Below, in pieces: positions 52,103 to 62,190 of a DNA stretch of 64,000 bases (within the stretch, counting starts at the first letter, position 1; each line of letters begins with the position of its first letter). The notes beneath the pieces are model-generated. The model searched no databases and was not told where the DNA came from. It saw nothing but the letters and a program-made list of their open reading frames with translations. A program made the position numbers and the translations under genes. Source of the stretch: an uncultured Candidatus Rokubacteria bacterium (GTDB lineage Bacteria > Methylomirabilota > Methylomirabilia > Rokubacteriales > CSP1-6); the NCBI GenBank assembly GCA_963747235.1, contig CAVVEU010000013.1, forward strand, positions 224,001 to 288,000, in the 5' to 3' direction.

Positions 52103-54409
52103 ATGGCCGACGGGTGGGGAGGCTGGTTCCACGGCCTTCGTCGGTGGACTCTTCTCGCGGGCGTGCTGCTGGCCATCGTGGTGCTGGTCGGCGGCGGGCT
52201 CGCCATCTACGCGGCGCGCGCGCTCTCGCGGTTCGAGCGGGTGGAGGCGCGTCGCTCCACCGTGCTGTACGCCGCCCCACCCGTGCTCCGGCCGGGTGTG
52301 AACGTGAGCGCGCTCGATCTGGCCGGGATCCTGGGCCGTCAGGGCTATCGCGAGACCCGCAACGCGGGCGCACCCGGCCAGTTCTCCCGCTCGGAGAGCG
52401 CGTGGGAGATCAACGTGGCCGGCGCGGCCCGCGTCACCCTGGCCGTGTCGGGCGGGCGCATCACCCAGCTCCGCCAGGGCGACACCGCGGTCCAGAGCGT
52501 CGCGCTGCCCCCCGAGCTGCTGGCGAGCGCCGGCGCGGACATGGGCGAGAACATCCGCCCGGTGCGCCTGCCCGATGTTCCCCAGCTCCTGCGCGACGCG
52601 GTCCTGGTCACCGAGGACGTGCGCTTCTACGAGCACGGTGGCGTGGACCCTCGCGGCATCGTGCGCGCGCTGTGGACCAATGTCCGGAAGGGCCGGGTCG
52701 CCGAGGGGGGCAGCACCATCACCCAGCAGCTCGTCAAGAGCCGGCTGCTCAACCCGGAGCGCACGCTCGCCCGCAAGATCAACGAGGCGCTGCTGTCGAC
52801 CGCGCTCGAGTGGCGCTACAGCAAGGACCAGATCCTCGAGGCCTACCTCAACGAGATCTATCTGGGGCAATCGGGCGGCTCGGCGGTGCGCGGCGTCGGC
52901 GCCGCCTCGCGGGCCTACTTCGGCAAGGAGGTCCATCAGCTCTCGCTGACGGAGTCCGCACTGCTCGCCGGGATGATCCGCGGCCCCAACAACTACTCGC
53001 CGGTCGCCAATCCCGAGCGGGCGCGCGAGCGGCGCGACGTGGTGCTGACTCGCATGCGCGGCCTCGGCAAGATCTCGGAGGCCGACTACCAGCGCGCGCG
53101 CAAGGAGCCGGTGCGGGCGCGCACGACGCCGGCGAACGGGCTGATGGCGCCGTACTTCGTGGACTACGTGCGCGCCGAGCTCGAGCGGAATGCCGACATC
53201 GACCTGGCCGACCTGCACGGGGTGCGGGTCTACACCACGCTCGATCCGGTGCTGCAGCGCGTGGCCGAGGCCGCGGTGGTGAAGGGCATGGACCGTCTCG
53301 AGACGCTGCGCCCGCGGCTGCGCCGCAAGAATCCGGAGGAGCGCCTGCAGGTGGCGATGATCGTGCTCGACCCGGCCACCGGACAGGTGCGCGCGCTCGT
53401 CGGGGGCCGCGACTACCGGGCGAGCCAGTTCAACCGGGCCGTCCTCGCCCGCCGCCAGCCGGGTAGCGCGTTCAAGCCGTTCGTGTTCCTGGCCGCGCTC
53501 ACGCCGCGGAAGGACGCGAGCCTCTTCACCCCCGCCTCGCTGATCGAGGACGCGCCCATCACGGTGATGGTGGACGGCAAGCCGTGGACGCCCAAGAACT
53601 ACGACGACCGCTACGAAGGGCCGGTCACGGTGCGCCGGGCGCTGGAGGGCTCGCTGAACACCGCGACCGTGCGGGTCGCCCAGGCGGTGGGCCTGCCCGT
53701 GGTCATCGAGACGGCGCGGACGATGGGCATGGAGGTGGATCTCAAGCCGGTGCCCGCGCTCACTCTGGGTGTCTTCGAGATCACGCCGCTGGCGCTCGCG
53801 CGCGCGTACCTGCCGCTGGCCAACGGGGGCCTGGCGCCGTCCGGCGGCGGGGTGGTGGAGACGGTCGCCGACGAGGGCGGGCGCGCGCTCTGGAGCGCGA
53901 GCCGCGAGACGCGCCCGGTGATCGGCGCGCCCGAGGCCTTCCTGGTCACCTCGCTGCTGGAGGGCGTGGTCAACGTGGGGACCGCGGCTTCCGCGCGCGC
54001 GGCGGGGGTGCCCGGCGCGGTGGCCGGCAAGACGGGGACGACCAACGAGGGCCGGGACGCCTGGTTCGTCGGCTACTCGCCCAACCTGCTCGCGCTCGTC
54101 TGGGTGGGCTTCGACGACGGCACGCCGGCCGGGCTATCCGGGTCGGAGGGCGCGCTGCCGATCTGGTCCGAGTTCATGCGACAGGCGCTCGACATCTACC
54201 CGGGTGGCGCGTTCCCGGAGCCGGCCGGCATCACCCACGCGAAGGTGGACGTGACCACCGGCCGCCGGGCCACCGCGTTCTGCCCACTCGTCGCGACCGA
54301 GGTGTTCCTGGCCGGCAGCGAGCCGCCGCCGTGCGAGGAGCATGGCGGGAGCGTCACGGAGCAGGTCGAACGCTGGTGGGATAAGGTCCGGGGCTGGTTC
54401 GGAAAGTAG
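52103..54409 (+). CDS. Bifunctional class A penicillin-binding protein (PBP1B-like)
   Basis: EDVRFYEHGG, GGSTITQQLVK, RKINE transglycosylase motifs; SAFK, SLN, KTG transpeptidase motifs. Confidence 0.93.
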   Translation: MADGWGGWFHGLRRWTLLAGVLLAIVVLVGGGLAIYAARALSRFERVEARRSTVLYAAPPVLRPGVNVSALDLAGILGRQGYRETRNAGAPGQFSRSESAWEINVAGAARVTLAVSGGRITQLRQGDTAVQSVALPPELLASAGADMGENIRPVRLPDVPQLLRDAVLVTEDVRFYEHGGVDPRGIVRALWTNVRKGRVAEGGSTITQQLVKSRLLNPERTLARKINEALLSTALEWRYSKDQILEAYLNEIYLGQSGGSAVRGVGAASRAYFGKEVHQLSLTESALLAGMIRGPNNYSPVANPERARERRDVVLTRMRGLGKISEADYQRARKEPVRARTTPANGLMAPYFVDYVRAELERNADIDLADLHGVRVYTTLDPVLQRVAEAAVVKGMDRLETLRPRLRRKNPEERLQVAMIVLDPATGQVRALVGGRDYRASQFNRAVLARRQPGSAFKPFVFLAALTPRKDASLFTPASLIEDAPITVMVDGKPWTPKNYDDRYEGPVTVRRALEGSLNTATVRVAQAVGLPVVIETARTMGMEVDLKPVPALTLGVFEITPLALARAYLPLANGGLAPSGGGVVETVADEGGRALWSASRETRPVIGAPEAFLVTSLLEGVVNVGTAASARAAGVPGAVAGKTGTTNEGRDAWFVGYSPNLLALVWVGFDDGTPAGLSGSEGALPIWSEFMRQALDIYPGGAFPEPAGITHAKVDVTTGRRATAFCPLVATEVFLAGSEPPPCEEHGGSVTEQVERWWDKVRGWFGK

Positions 54410-54425
54410 CGGGCCGGGTCGGGGG

Positions 54426-54740
54426 CTAGACCGCGAGGACGCGGCCGAAGCGGCGCAGGCGATCCTGGATGTCCCCCATGAAGAGGAAGGCCAGGCCGTC
54501 GGAGTCCTGCCGCCACACCAGCGCCGGCACGTTGAACGGCGACCCGTCGGGCGGCCGGAACCGGAGCTGAGCCGGCGTCCCGATGTCGATCCGCTCCTTG
54601 GGCCTCACCTTGGCCCCGCGGGCCGAGATGTCCACCGTCTGGAGGAGGAAGCGGCGCTTGCCGGCCTCCACGACGACGAGCCAGGAGACGTCGGTGCGCG
54701 GGTGGCGACGGCGGTCGGCGGCGTGCTTGGTGTTGATCAT
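54426..54740 (-). CDS. Stand-alone PilZ domain protein
   Basis: DRRRHPR (RxxxR) and DISARG (DxSxxG) c-di-GMP motifs. Confidence 0.88.
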   Translation of the reverse strand: MINTKHAADRRRHPRTDVSWLVVVEAGKRRFLLQTVDISARGAKVRPKERIDIGTPAQLRFRPPDGSPFNVPALVWRQDSDGLAFLFMGDIQDRLRRFGRVLAV

Positions 54741-54751
54741 GCCGGGGTACG

Positions 54752-54767
54752 AGCAATCTGCGTGCCT
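54752..54767 (-). promoter_or_regulatory. Sigma-54 promoter for the PilZ gene
   Basis: AGGCACGCAGATTGCT. Confidence 0.75.
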
Positions 54768-54887
54768 CGGCGAGATGCGCGCCAGATCAGGGACTTGAAT
54801 CCATGTTAGCCCCACGGCGGACCGTCAAGTCGGTGTCGTGACGCTGACAGTGTTCGCCGGCTGCCAAAGCGTGTACAGTCGGGGGCC

Positions 54888-56264
54888 ATGAGCGCGGCGA
54901 CGGCCGAGGTCGTGATCTGCGGGGCGGGCATGGCCGGGATCGCCGCCGCGTATCACCTGGCGGTCCGCCGCGGCATCGGGGGGGTCGTGCTGGTGGACGA
55001 GCGCCCCGCGCTCTCGCTCACCAGCGACAAGTCCGCCGAGTCCTACCGCAACTGGTGGCCGGGGCCGGGCGATTCGATGGTCGCCCTGATGAACCGCAGC
55101 ATCGACCTCATGGAAGAGCTCGCGGCCGAGAGCGGCAACGTGTTCCTTATGAACCGGCGCGGCTATCTCTTCGCCACCGCGCAGCCCGAGCAGGTCGACC
55201 GCTACGTGCGAGCCGCGGAGGAAGCGGCCGGGTTCGGCGCCGGGCCCGTTCGCATGCACGGCTCGTCCGCGGACACCTATCAGCCGGCCCCCGCGATGGG
55301 ATACGAGAAGCAGCCCATCGGCACCGACGTCATCACCGACTCAAGCCTGATCCGCCGCCACTTCCCGTACCTGGCCGCGGACACGGTGGCGCTGCTGCAC
55401 GCGCGCCGCTGCGGCTGGTTCAGCGGCCAGCAGCTCGGGATGTACATGCTCGAGCGCGCGCGGGACAAGGGCGTCCGCCTGATCGACGGGCGCGTGGAGG
55501 GCGTGGAGACGGCGGGCGGGCGGGTGACCGGTGTGGTGGTGAGCGGGCGCGACGGCACCCGCACGATCGGGACTCCGCGCTTCGTGAACGCGGCGGGACC
55601 CTTCCTCAAGGACGTGGGCCGGCTGCTCGGCATCGAGCTGCCCGTGTTCTGCGAGCGCCACGCCAAGGTCGCGTTCCACGACACGCTGGGCGTGGTGCCG
55701 CGTCACGCGCCGATGATGATCTGGACGGATCCGGTGCGGCTACCGTGGTCGGACGACGAGCGCGTGGAGCTCGGCGAGGCCGAGGCGCTTCGGCATCTGC
55801 TGGACGAGATGCCCGCCGGCGTGCACGGGCGGCCCGAGGGTGGGGGAGACAGCCCGATCATGCTCGGGGTGTGGACCTACCACGCCGAGCCGATGGAGGC
55901 GCGCTTCCCGATCGAGTTCGATCCGGCTCACGCGGAGATCGTGATCCGCGGCCTGACGCGCCCGCTGCCCGGCCTCGCCGCCTACCTGCCACGCTTGCCG
56001 AAGTGCTTCGTGGACGGGGGCTACTACACCAAGACGCAGGAGAACCGCTTCCTGTCGTGCCCGCTGCCGCTCGAGGGCGCCTACGTCCTGGGCGGCCTCT
56101 CCGGCTACGGGATGATGTCCTCCAACGGCGCCGCCGATCTGCTCGCCGACTACATCGCGGAGCGACCGCTGCCCCACTACGCCCCCGCGTTCCACCTCGA
56201 CCGCTACAAGGACCCCACGTACCAGAAGCTCCTGGACAACTGGGGCGACTCCGGCCAGCTCTAG
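54888..56264 (+). CDS. FAD-dependent oxidoreductase (DAO/sarcosine oxidase family)
   Basis: VVICGAGMAG, VNAAG, GLSGYGMM motifs. Confidence 0.88.
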   Translation: MSAATAEVVICGAGMAGIAAAYHLAVRRGIGGVVLVDERPALSLTSDKSAESYRNWWPGPGDSMVALMNRSIDLMEELAAESGNVFLMNRRGYLFATAQPEQVDRYVRAAEEAAGFGAGPVRMHGSSADTYQPAPAMGYEKQPIGTDVITDSSLIRRHFPYLAADTVALLHARRCGWFSGQQLGMYMLERARDKGVRLIDGRVEGVETAGGRVTGVVVSGRDGTRTIGTPRFVNAAGPFLKDVGRLLGIELPVFCERHAKVAFHDTLGVVPRHAPMMIWTDPVRLPWSDDERVELGEAEALRHLLDEMPAGVHGRPEGGGDSPIMLGVWTYHAEPMEARFPIEFDPAHAEIVIRGLTRPLPGLAAYLPRLPKCFVDGGYYTKTQENRFLSCPLPLEGAYVLGGLSGYGMMSSNGAADLLADYIAERPLPHYAPAFHLDRYKDPTYQKLLDNWGDSGQL

Positions 56265-56295
56265 GTTCCCCCGGGGGCCTTTATCGACCTCCGGG

Positions 56296-57586
56296 CTACC
56301 AGTACTGCATCGCGTCGCGGAGGATCAGGTCGAGCTCCGGCGGCGCCCACCTGACGGGGCGCGCCCGAGAGGAGGCGCGGCTGGCGCAGCGTGCCCTCGA
56401 TCAGCGCGGGGAGATCGCGCTCGGTGTAGCCGATCGCGGTGAGCCCGTTGGGGATGCCGATGTCCCGCATGATCGAGAGGAGCGCCTGCGGTAGCGCCTC
56501 GCGCCGCTCGGCCTCGTTGAGATCGGCCACCGGCCAGCCCAGCAGCTCGGCGGCGCGCAGGTGCCGCTCGGGCGCGGTGGTGTAGGTGAAGCGGAAGGCG
56601 GCGGGCGCGGTGAGGATGACCGACATGCCGTGCGGGACGAGCGGGTGGCGGGTGCGGTAGCCGCTCGGGATGTAGTCGCGCACGAGGCCCGCGATCGGGT
56701 AGGCCACCGCGTGGGGGATGTGCACGCCGGCGTTGCCGAAGCCGACGCCCGCGTAGTTGGCGGCCAGCGCCAGGTGCAGGCGCGCCTCGAGGTCGAGGCC
56801 GTTGAGCACGGCGCGCCGCAGGTAGCGGGCCGCGTACTCCATCGCCTTCTCGCACCAGATGTCGCTGGCGGGATTGGCGCCGATGTAGGCCGGCCGATCG
56901 GGCGGGTGATGCTTGGCGCGCGCGTTGTAGGGGCGCGTGGTGTAGGACTCGATGGCGTGGGTGAGGATGTCGGCCCCGGCCGCCGCGGTCACCTCGGGCG
57001 GGACGGTGAGCGTGTTGAGCGGGTCCACCACGCCCAGCGTGGGCCGCAGCAGGCGGTGCGAGACGCCCGCCTTCACGTTCTGATCCACGATGTGCGTGAC
57101 CGCCACCGCGGTGGTCTCGCTGCCGGTGCCGGCGGTGGTGGGCACCGCGATCAGCGGGCGCACCGGGCCGGGCACGGGCACGCCGCGCCCGACCGGCTTG
57201 TTGATGTAGTCGAGGAGCGGCGCCGGGTAGCAGGTGAGGAGATTGGCGGCCTTGCACGTGTCGATGGTGCTGCCGCCACCCACCGCGATCAGTCCGTCGA
57301 AGTCCTTGCTGCGCGCGTACTCGCCCGCCTCCTCCATCGACCGATCGGTGGGCTCCACTTCCACGCCGTCCCAGACGTCGGCCTTCACGCCCTGTTCCTC
57401 GAGGAGCGCGCGCACGCGCTCGGGGAGGCCGAGCTCTGAGATGTGGCGGTCCGTGAAGATCAGCGCCTTGCGGATGCCCAGGCGGCTGGCGTCGAAGCCG
57501 ATCTCGTCCATGGCGCCCAGCCCGAACTTGATCGGCGAGTTCTCCATCACGAACACGGTCTCGGTCGGCAGGGTCACGCCCTTCAT
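56296..57586 (-). CDS. Hydroxyacid-oxoacid transhydrogenase (Fe-ADH family; indel near 56340)
   Basis: EPTDRS, GGGSTIDTCKAANL, PTTAGTGSETT, FGNAGVHIPH, PHGMSV motifs. Confidence 0.88.
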
Positions 57587-57725
57587 GCGGGCCTCCAGTG
57601 GGTGGCGGTCGTGGGCCAGTGGGTGTGGATCTCCGGCTCGTCCGAGATTATAGAATCGCGCGGCCGACTGCGATACCCTCGGGCATCCTGATTCCCGGGT
57701 TGCCCCTGACAGAGGAGGAAGACCG

Positions 57726-59252
57726 ATGCCGCTCTTCGCCTGGATCGTGGCCCTGTCGCTGACGATTGGCGCCTCGCTCGCGCACGCCCAGCCGGCGCAG
57801 ATCACGATCGTGCAGCCCGCGGAGGCCACCACCATGGATCCGGGGCGGAGCACCCAGGTCCTGACCGTCAATTACTTCTACAATCTCTATGACTCGCTCC
57901 TCCGATGGGACACCGCGCTGCAGCTTCAGCCCGGCCTGGCCACCGCCTGGCGGGCGGTGAACGAGACCACCTGGGAGTTCACGTTGCGCTCGGGCGTCAA
58001 GTTCCACGACGGCGCTCCGCTCACCGCGGACGACGTGCGGGCCACGCTCGAGCGGAACCTCGTCCCGGGCAAGACGGTCGTGACCGCCGGCTTCACCACC
58101 ATCGAGTCGGTCCAGGCGGTCACGCCGACCCTCGTGCGCGTGATCACCAAGAAGGCGGATCCGCTCCTGCCGGTGCGCATGGCCCAGATGGGCTCGCAGA
58201 TCCTGCCCGCCCGCCTCACCACCGACGACGGGGTGAAGGAGCTGGCCCGCCGGCCGATCGGCAGCGGCGCCTACCGGTTCGTGGAGTGGGTGAAGGACGA
58301 GCGGCTCGTGATGGAAGCCAACCGTGACTGGTGGGGATGGGAGGGCCGCGCCCCCGCGATCGACCGCGTAGTCTGGAAAGCGATCCCGGACGACTTCCCC
58401 CGGCTGGTGGCCCTCGAGAAGGGGGACGTCGACATCGTCACCAGCCTGCCGCCCGACCGCATCAAGTCCATCGCGGAGGGCCGGAACACGCGGGTGGTGA
58501 GCGTGCCGTCCTCACGCACCGTGGAGTTCAACATCAACACCACCCAGCCGCCGCTGGCCGACAAGCGCGTGCGCCAGGCCATGCATCACGCGCTCGACGT
58601 GCCCGCGATCATCCGCAGCCTCTTCGCGGGGCTCGGCAAGCCCATGGCCGGCGCGCTCGCCGACACCGACTTCGGCTACAACCCGGCCATCAAGCCCTAT
58701 CCCTACGACCCTGGGCGGGCCCGGGCCCTGCTCGGAGCGGCGGGGTTCGCCGGCGGGATCGACGTGACGCTGCACGCGGGCATGGGCACGATGGTCAACG
58801 ACAAGCAGCTCCTCGAGGTGGTGGCGGACATGTGGTCGAAGGTCGGGATCCGGGCGAAGGTCGCCATGATGGAGATGGGCGCGCGCCAGCGCATGGTCAA
58901 CGAGCGGGCCTTGCCCCCGGGGGGCCTGCTGCTGATCAACGTGCAGTCCACCCTGCTGGATGCCGACGGCAGCCTGTGGCGCATCATGCACCCGACCGGG
59001 CTGGGCGGGAAATACTGGGTCGGCAGCCAGCCCGGCCACCGGTTCCACGAGGTGATGGAGCAGGCCCGTTACACGCTCGACCCGAGGCAGCGCAAGGCGC
59101 TCTACGGCGAGGCCACCCAGATCATCGACGACGAGAAGCCCTGGCTCGAGCTCTTCCAGGAAGTCATCGTGTACGGGACGTCCAAGCGCGTCACCTTCCG
59201 CCCGCGGCCGGACTTCCGTCTCATCGTGTCGGAGATGTCGCTCAGCCGCTGA
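57726..59252 (+). CDS. ABC transporter substrate-binding protein, family 5 (peptide/nickel)
   Basis: Signal peptide, PGLATAW...WEFTLRSGVKFHDG, PIGSGAY, DKRVRQA motifs. Confidence 0.92.
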   Translation: MPLFAWIVALSLTIGASLAHAQPAQITIVQPAEATTMDPGRSTQVLTVNYFYNLYDSLLRWDTALQLQPGLATAWRAVNETTWEFTLRSGVKFHDGAPLTADDVRATLERNLVPGKTVVTAGFTTIESVQAVTPTLVRVITKKADPLLPVRMAQMGSQILPARLTTDDGVKELARRPIGSGAYRFVEWVKDERLVMEANRDWWGWEGRAPAIDRVVWKAIPDDFPRLVALEKGDVDIVTSLPPDRIKSIAEGRNTRVVSVPSSRTVEFNINTTQPPLADKRVRQAMHHALDVPAIIRSLFAGLGKPMAGALADTDFGYNPAIKPYPYDPGRARALLGAAGFAGGIDVTLHAGMGTMVNDKQLLEVVADMWSKVGIRAKVAMMEMGARQRMVNERALPPGGLLLINVQSTLLDADGSLWRIMHPTGLGGKYWVGSQPGHRFHEVMEQARYTLDPRQRKALYGEATQIIDDEKPWLELFQEVIVYGTSKRVTFRPRPDFRLIVSEMSLSR

Positions 59253-59271
59253 CGCGGCGCTGGAGGCCGAG

Positions 59272-60297
59272 CTAGGAAGGAAGCGCGACGCGCGCGAGCA
59301 GCTTCACGTCGTCCAGCAGCGCCCCGGCCCCGCGCACCACGCAGGTCAACGGGTCGTCGCTCACGCGGATCGGCAGGCCGGTCTGCTCGTGCAGCAGCAG
59401 GTCGAGCCCGCGCAGGAGCGCGCCGCCGCCGGACACCACGATGCCCTTGTCCACGATGTCGGCGGCCAGCTCGGGCGGGATCTGCTCGAGGCACGTGTGC
59501 ACCGCGCTCACGATGGCCATGATCGGCTCGCGCAGCGCCTCGCGGATCTCCTCGCCGGTCACCAGGATGGTCTTGGGAATGCCGACGATCAGGTCGCGGC
59601 CCTTGACCTCCATGGTGAGGTGCTCGCCCGCCACCGGGTAGGCGGAGCCCAGCCGCAGCTTGATGTCCTCGGCGTGGCGCTCGCCCACGAGCAGGCTGTA
59701 GTTCTTGCGGATGTGCTGGATCACCGCGGTGTTCATCTCGTCGCCCGCGATGCGGGCGGACTTGCAGTAGACGATCCCGGACAGGGACATCACCGCGACC
59801 TCGGTGGTGCCGCCGCCGATGTCCACGATCATGTTCGCGCCCGGCTCGGCCACCGGGAGGCCCGCACCGAGGGCCGCCGCAATGGGCTCCTCGATCAGAT
59901 AGGCCTCGCGAGCCCCCGCCTGCTTGGCCGACTGGCGCACCGCCCGCTTCTCCACCTGGGTGATCCCCGAGGGCACCGTGACCACCACGCGCGGGTGCAC
60001 GATGCTCCGCCGCTGGTGGGTCTTGCGGATGAAGTAGTGGAGCATCTTCTCGGTGGAGTCGAAGTCGGCGATGACGCCGTGGCGGAGGGGCCGGATGACC
60101 GAGATGCTCCCGGGAGCGCGGCCGAGCATGGCCTTGGCCTCGTGGCCGGCGGCCAGCACCACGCCGTCCTTCATGGCCACGATGGAGGGCTCGTTGAGGA
60201 CGATGCCCTGTCCTCTCACGTACACGAGAGTATTGGCGGTTCCCAGATCCACCGCCAGGTCGTCGGCCAGGAAGCTCATGAGGGATCTCAGACGCAT
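59272..60297 (-). CDS. mreB: Rod shape-determining protein MreB (solitary copy)
   Basis: DLGTANT, EPSIVA, IEEPIAAALG, DIGGGTTE, SGGGALL motifs. Confidence 0.95.
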   Translation of the reverse strand: MRLRSLMSFLADDLAVDLGTANTLVYVRGQGIVLNEPSIVAMKDGVVLAAGHEAKAMLGRAPGSISVIRPLRHGVIADFDSTEKMLHYFIRKTHQRRSIVHPRVVVTVPSGITQVEKRAVRQSAKQAGAREAYLIEEPIAAALGAGLPVAEPGANMIVDIGGGTTEVAVMSLSGIVYCKSARIAGDEMNTAVIQHIRKNYSLLVGERHAEDIKLRLGSAYPVAGEHLTMEVKGRDLIVGIPKTILVTGEEIREALREPIMAIVSAVHTCLEQIPPELAADIVDKGIVVSGGGALLRGLDLLLHEQTGLPIRVSDDPLTCVVRGAGALLDDVKLLARVALPS

Positions 60298-60325
60298 ATC
60301 CGGTCCTTTCGGGACAGGGAAGCAA

Positions 60326-60341
60326 CGCAACGGATGTGCCA
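60326..60341 (-). promoter_or_regulatory. Sigma-54 promoter for mreB
   Basis: TGGCACATCCGTTGCG. Confidence 0.8.
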
Positions 60342-60466
60342 GGGGGGTGGGCCGGTTCGACGACGTGGAGTGGTTGCCGGAGGGCCGTCTCCTACTATAG
60401 GCGGGGGTGGACAGGCGCCCCTCTTCGGCGAAAGTGTCAGCATAGGTATGTTTTACATTACACCAA

Positions 60467-60479
60467 GGTAAGATTTACC
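60467..60479. promoter_or_regulatory. Candidate enhancer (UAS) palindrome
   Basis: Perfect GGTAA-GAT-TTACC about 130 bp upstream of the mreB promoter; weaker GGTAT-GTT-TTACA at 60445-60457. Confidence 0.55.
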
Positions 60480-60503
60480 CCGCCTTCCGACCCGGAAAGG
60501 GCC

Positions 60504-60532
60504 TTGTCCTCCCCGGGGCCCCGTCGTAATCT
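60504..60532 (+). promoter_or_regulatory. Possible sigma-70 promoter
   Basis: TTGTCC-N17-TAATCT, 8 nt before ATG 60541. Confidence 0.45.
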
Positions 60533-60540
60533 TGGGCGCC

Positions 60541-61323
60541 ATGAAGGCCCCCCGGAAGCCCCTCGCCAAGATCGAAGGCCGCAAGCGCATGCGGCAGAGC
60601 GGCCTCACCGTCGCCTGGCATGGCACCCGGAGCCGGAAGGACTGGGCGGCCTATGTCGAGAACGGGAGCGAGCAGGGGCGCCTCGTACTGGCCGAGCAGG
60701 TGTCGGAGCGGGCGGTGAAGAGCCTGCTCGCGCGCATCCAGAGCCTCTCGAGGGATGCGCTCGAGGCCATGGCGCGCCCGGTCGAGGCGGTCGCCGCGCA
60801 GGGTGGGGGACCGCCGGTCCGCCGGCCACGTGGAGGTGGCGAGACCAGCTCGAGCTCCGAGATCATCGTGCAGGCGCTCCCGGGCCGCCAGCTCGCGCTG
60901 AGCGGCGACACGGGGGCGGAGGCGCCGGCCACCACGAGCTCACGCCGCCGCCGGCTGCCGGCCAAGGTCGAGCGCAATCCACCCGCCGAGCGCCGCCCCG
61001 CGCGGGTCTCTGCCCGGGATCTGGCGGGGACGGTGCGGCAGCTTCGCTCGCGGCTGGAGAGCCTTGAAGAGGAGCAGGAGGAGCTACGGGCCGAGCTGGC
61101 CGTGCTGCGCGGGGACGCCGAAGCCTACGAGGGGACGACGCCCAGCATCTTCGTCACGGGCTGGTTCCGGGCGACCCTGGTCCTGATCGTGCTGGCGATC
61201 GTGGTGGTGATCAGCGTGCCGTGGCTGATGGAGATCTTCGAAGGAGGCGCGCGCGAGTCACGCCCACCGGCTCGCAACGAGGCGCCGGCGCCCTCGCCGA
61301 ATCCGACCCCGAGCGCTCGCTGA
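60541..61323 (+). CDS. Hypothetical membrane protein (N-terminal domain, linker, coiled coil, C-terminal TM)
   Basis: Coiled coil VRQLRSRLESLEEEQEELRAELAVL followed by hydrophobic LVLIVLAIVVVISVPWL. Confidence 0.7.
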   Translation: MKAPRKPLAKIEGRKRMRQSGLTVAWHGTRSRKDWAAYVENGSEQGRLVLAEQVSERAVKSLLARIQSLSRDALEAMARPVEAVAAQGGGPPVRRPRGGGETSSSSEIIVQALPGRQLALSGDTGAEAPATTSSRRRRLPAKVERNPPAERRPARVSARDLAGTVRQLRSRLESLEEEQEELRAELAVLRGDAEAYEGTTPSIFVTGWFRATLVLIVLAIVVVISVPWLMEIFEGGARESRPPARNEAPAPSPNPTPSAR

Positions 61324-61325
61324 GC

Positions 61326-61652
61326 CTACTGCTCCGCGCAGCGTAACGCGACGCGGGCGTACTCGATGCCGCTGGGGAAGTAGTGGATGGTTCCCGTGTC
61401 GCCCTCGCGCTCGGAGGCGTGTCCCGACCAGCTATCGTTGATCGCCTTGACCGTGATCAGATGCCGGTCCAGCGCCGCCTTGCACTCACCGCCGGTGGCG
61501 TAGCGGCCCGCGATGATGCGGTCGGTCTGCAACCGCGGGACGCGAGCCAGCCAGCGCAGGACGATGGTGTCGAGCGGGTTGTCCTTGACGATCACGGACA
61601 AGTCGGACCAGAGAAGCCAGACGAGACTCAGGGCGCCCACCCACTTTCGCAT
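61326..61652 (-). CDS. Hypothetical small exported protein
   Basis: Hydrophobic N-terminus, two Cys; TTGACA-N18-TAGAGT directly upstream. Confidence 0.55.
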   Translation of the reverse strand: MRKWVGALSLVWLLWSDLSVIVKDNPLDTIVLRWLARVPRLQTDRIIAGRYATGGECKAALDRHLITVKAINDSWSGHASEREGDTGTIHYFPSGIEYARVALRCAEQ

Positions 61653-61796
61653 GGGCAGACTCTAGGTCCGGACCCGCGAACTGTCAAGGTTTGGGCCCAC
61701 GGGAACCCGCGCGGGGCCTAGTACGTTTATGCACAAGCGCGAGTTCATGACGCGAGCGCGAAAAACTCGGGCGACGGAGGTAGAATAGGGCGGCAG

Positions 61797-62186
61797 ATGG
61801 AGACGATCCTGGTGGTGGACGACGAAGCGCAGGTGCGGACCCTCGCGCGTGACATCCTGTTGGGAGCCGGCTATCGGGTGCTCGAGGCCGAGGGCGGCGA
61901 GCAGGCGCTCCGGGTTGCGGAAGATCACCAGGGCGCCATTCACATCCTGCTCACCGACATCATGATGCCGGGCATCAACGGCAAGGAGCTGGCGGACCGG
62001 TTCCTCATCGCGCGCCCCGACGCCAAGGCGATCTTCATGTCGGGCCGGGCCGCCGAGGTCATCAGCGACGCCGGCGTGCTCATCCCGGTGGACGCCTTCC
62101 TCGCCAAGCCCTTCACGGTGGAGCGGCTGCTGAACAAGGTCCGCGAGCGGCTCGAGTATCGCTCGCCCTTCTCCCGCCCGCGCTAG
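61797..62186 (+). CDS. Single-domain response regulator
   Basis: ILVVDDE, LLTDIMMP, FMSG, KPF motifs intact. Confidence 0.92.
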   Translation: METILVVDDEAQVRTLARDILLGAGYRVLEAEGGEQALRVAEDHQGAIHILLTDIMMPGINGKELADRFLIARPDAKAIFMSGRAAEVISDAGVLIPVDAFLAKPFTVERLLNKVRERLEYRSPFSRPR

Positions 62187-62190
62187 TCGT

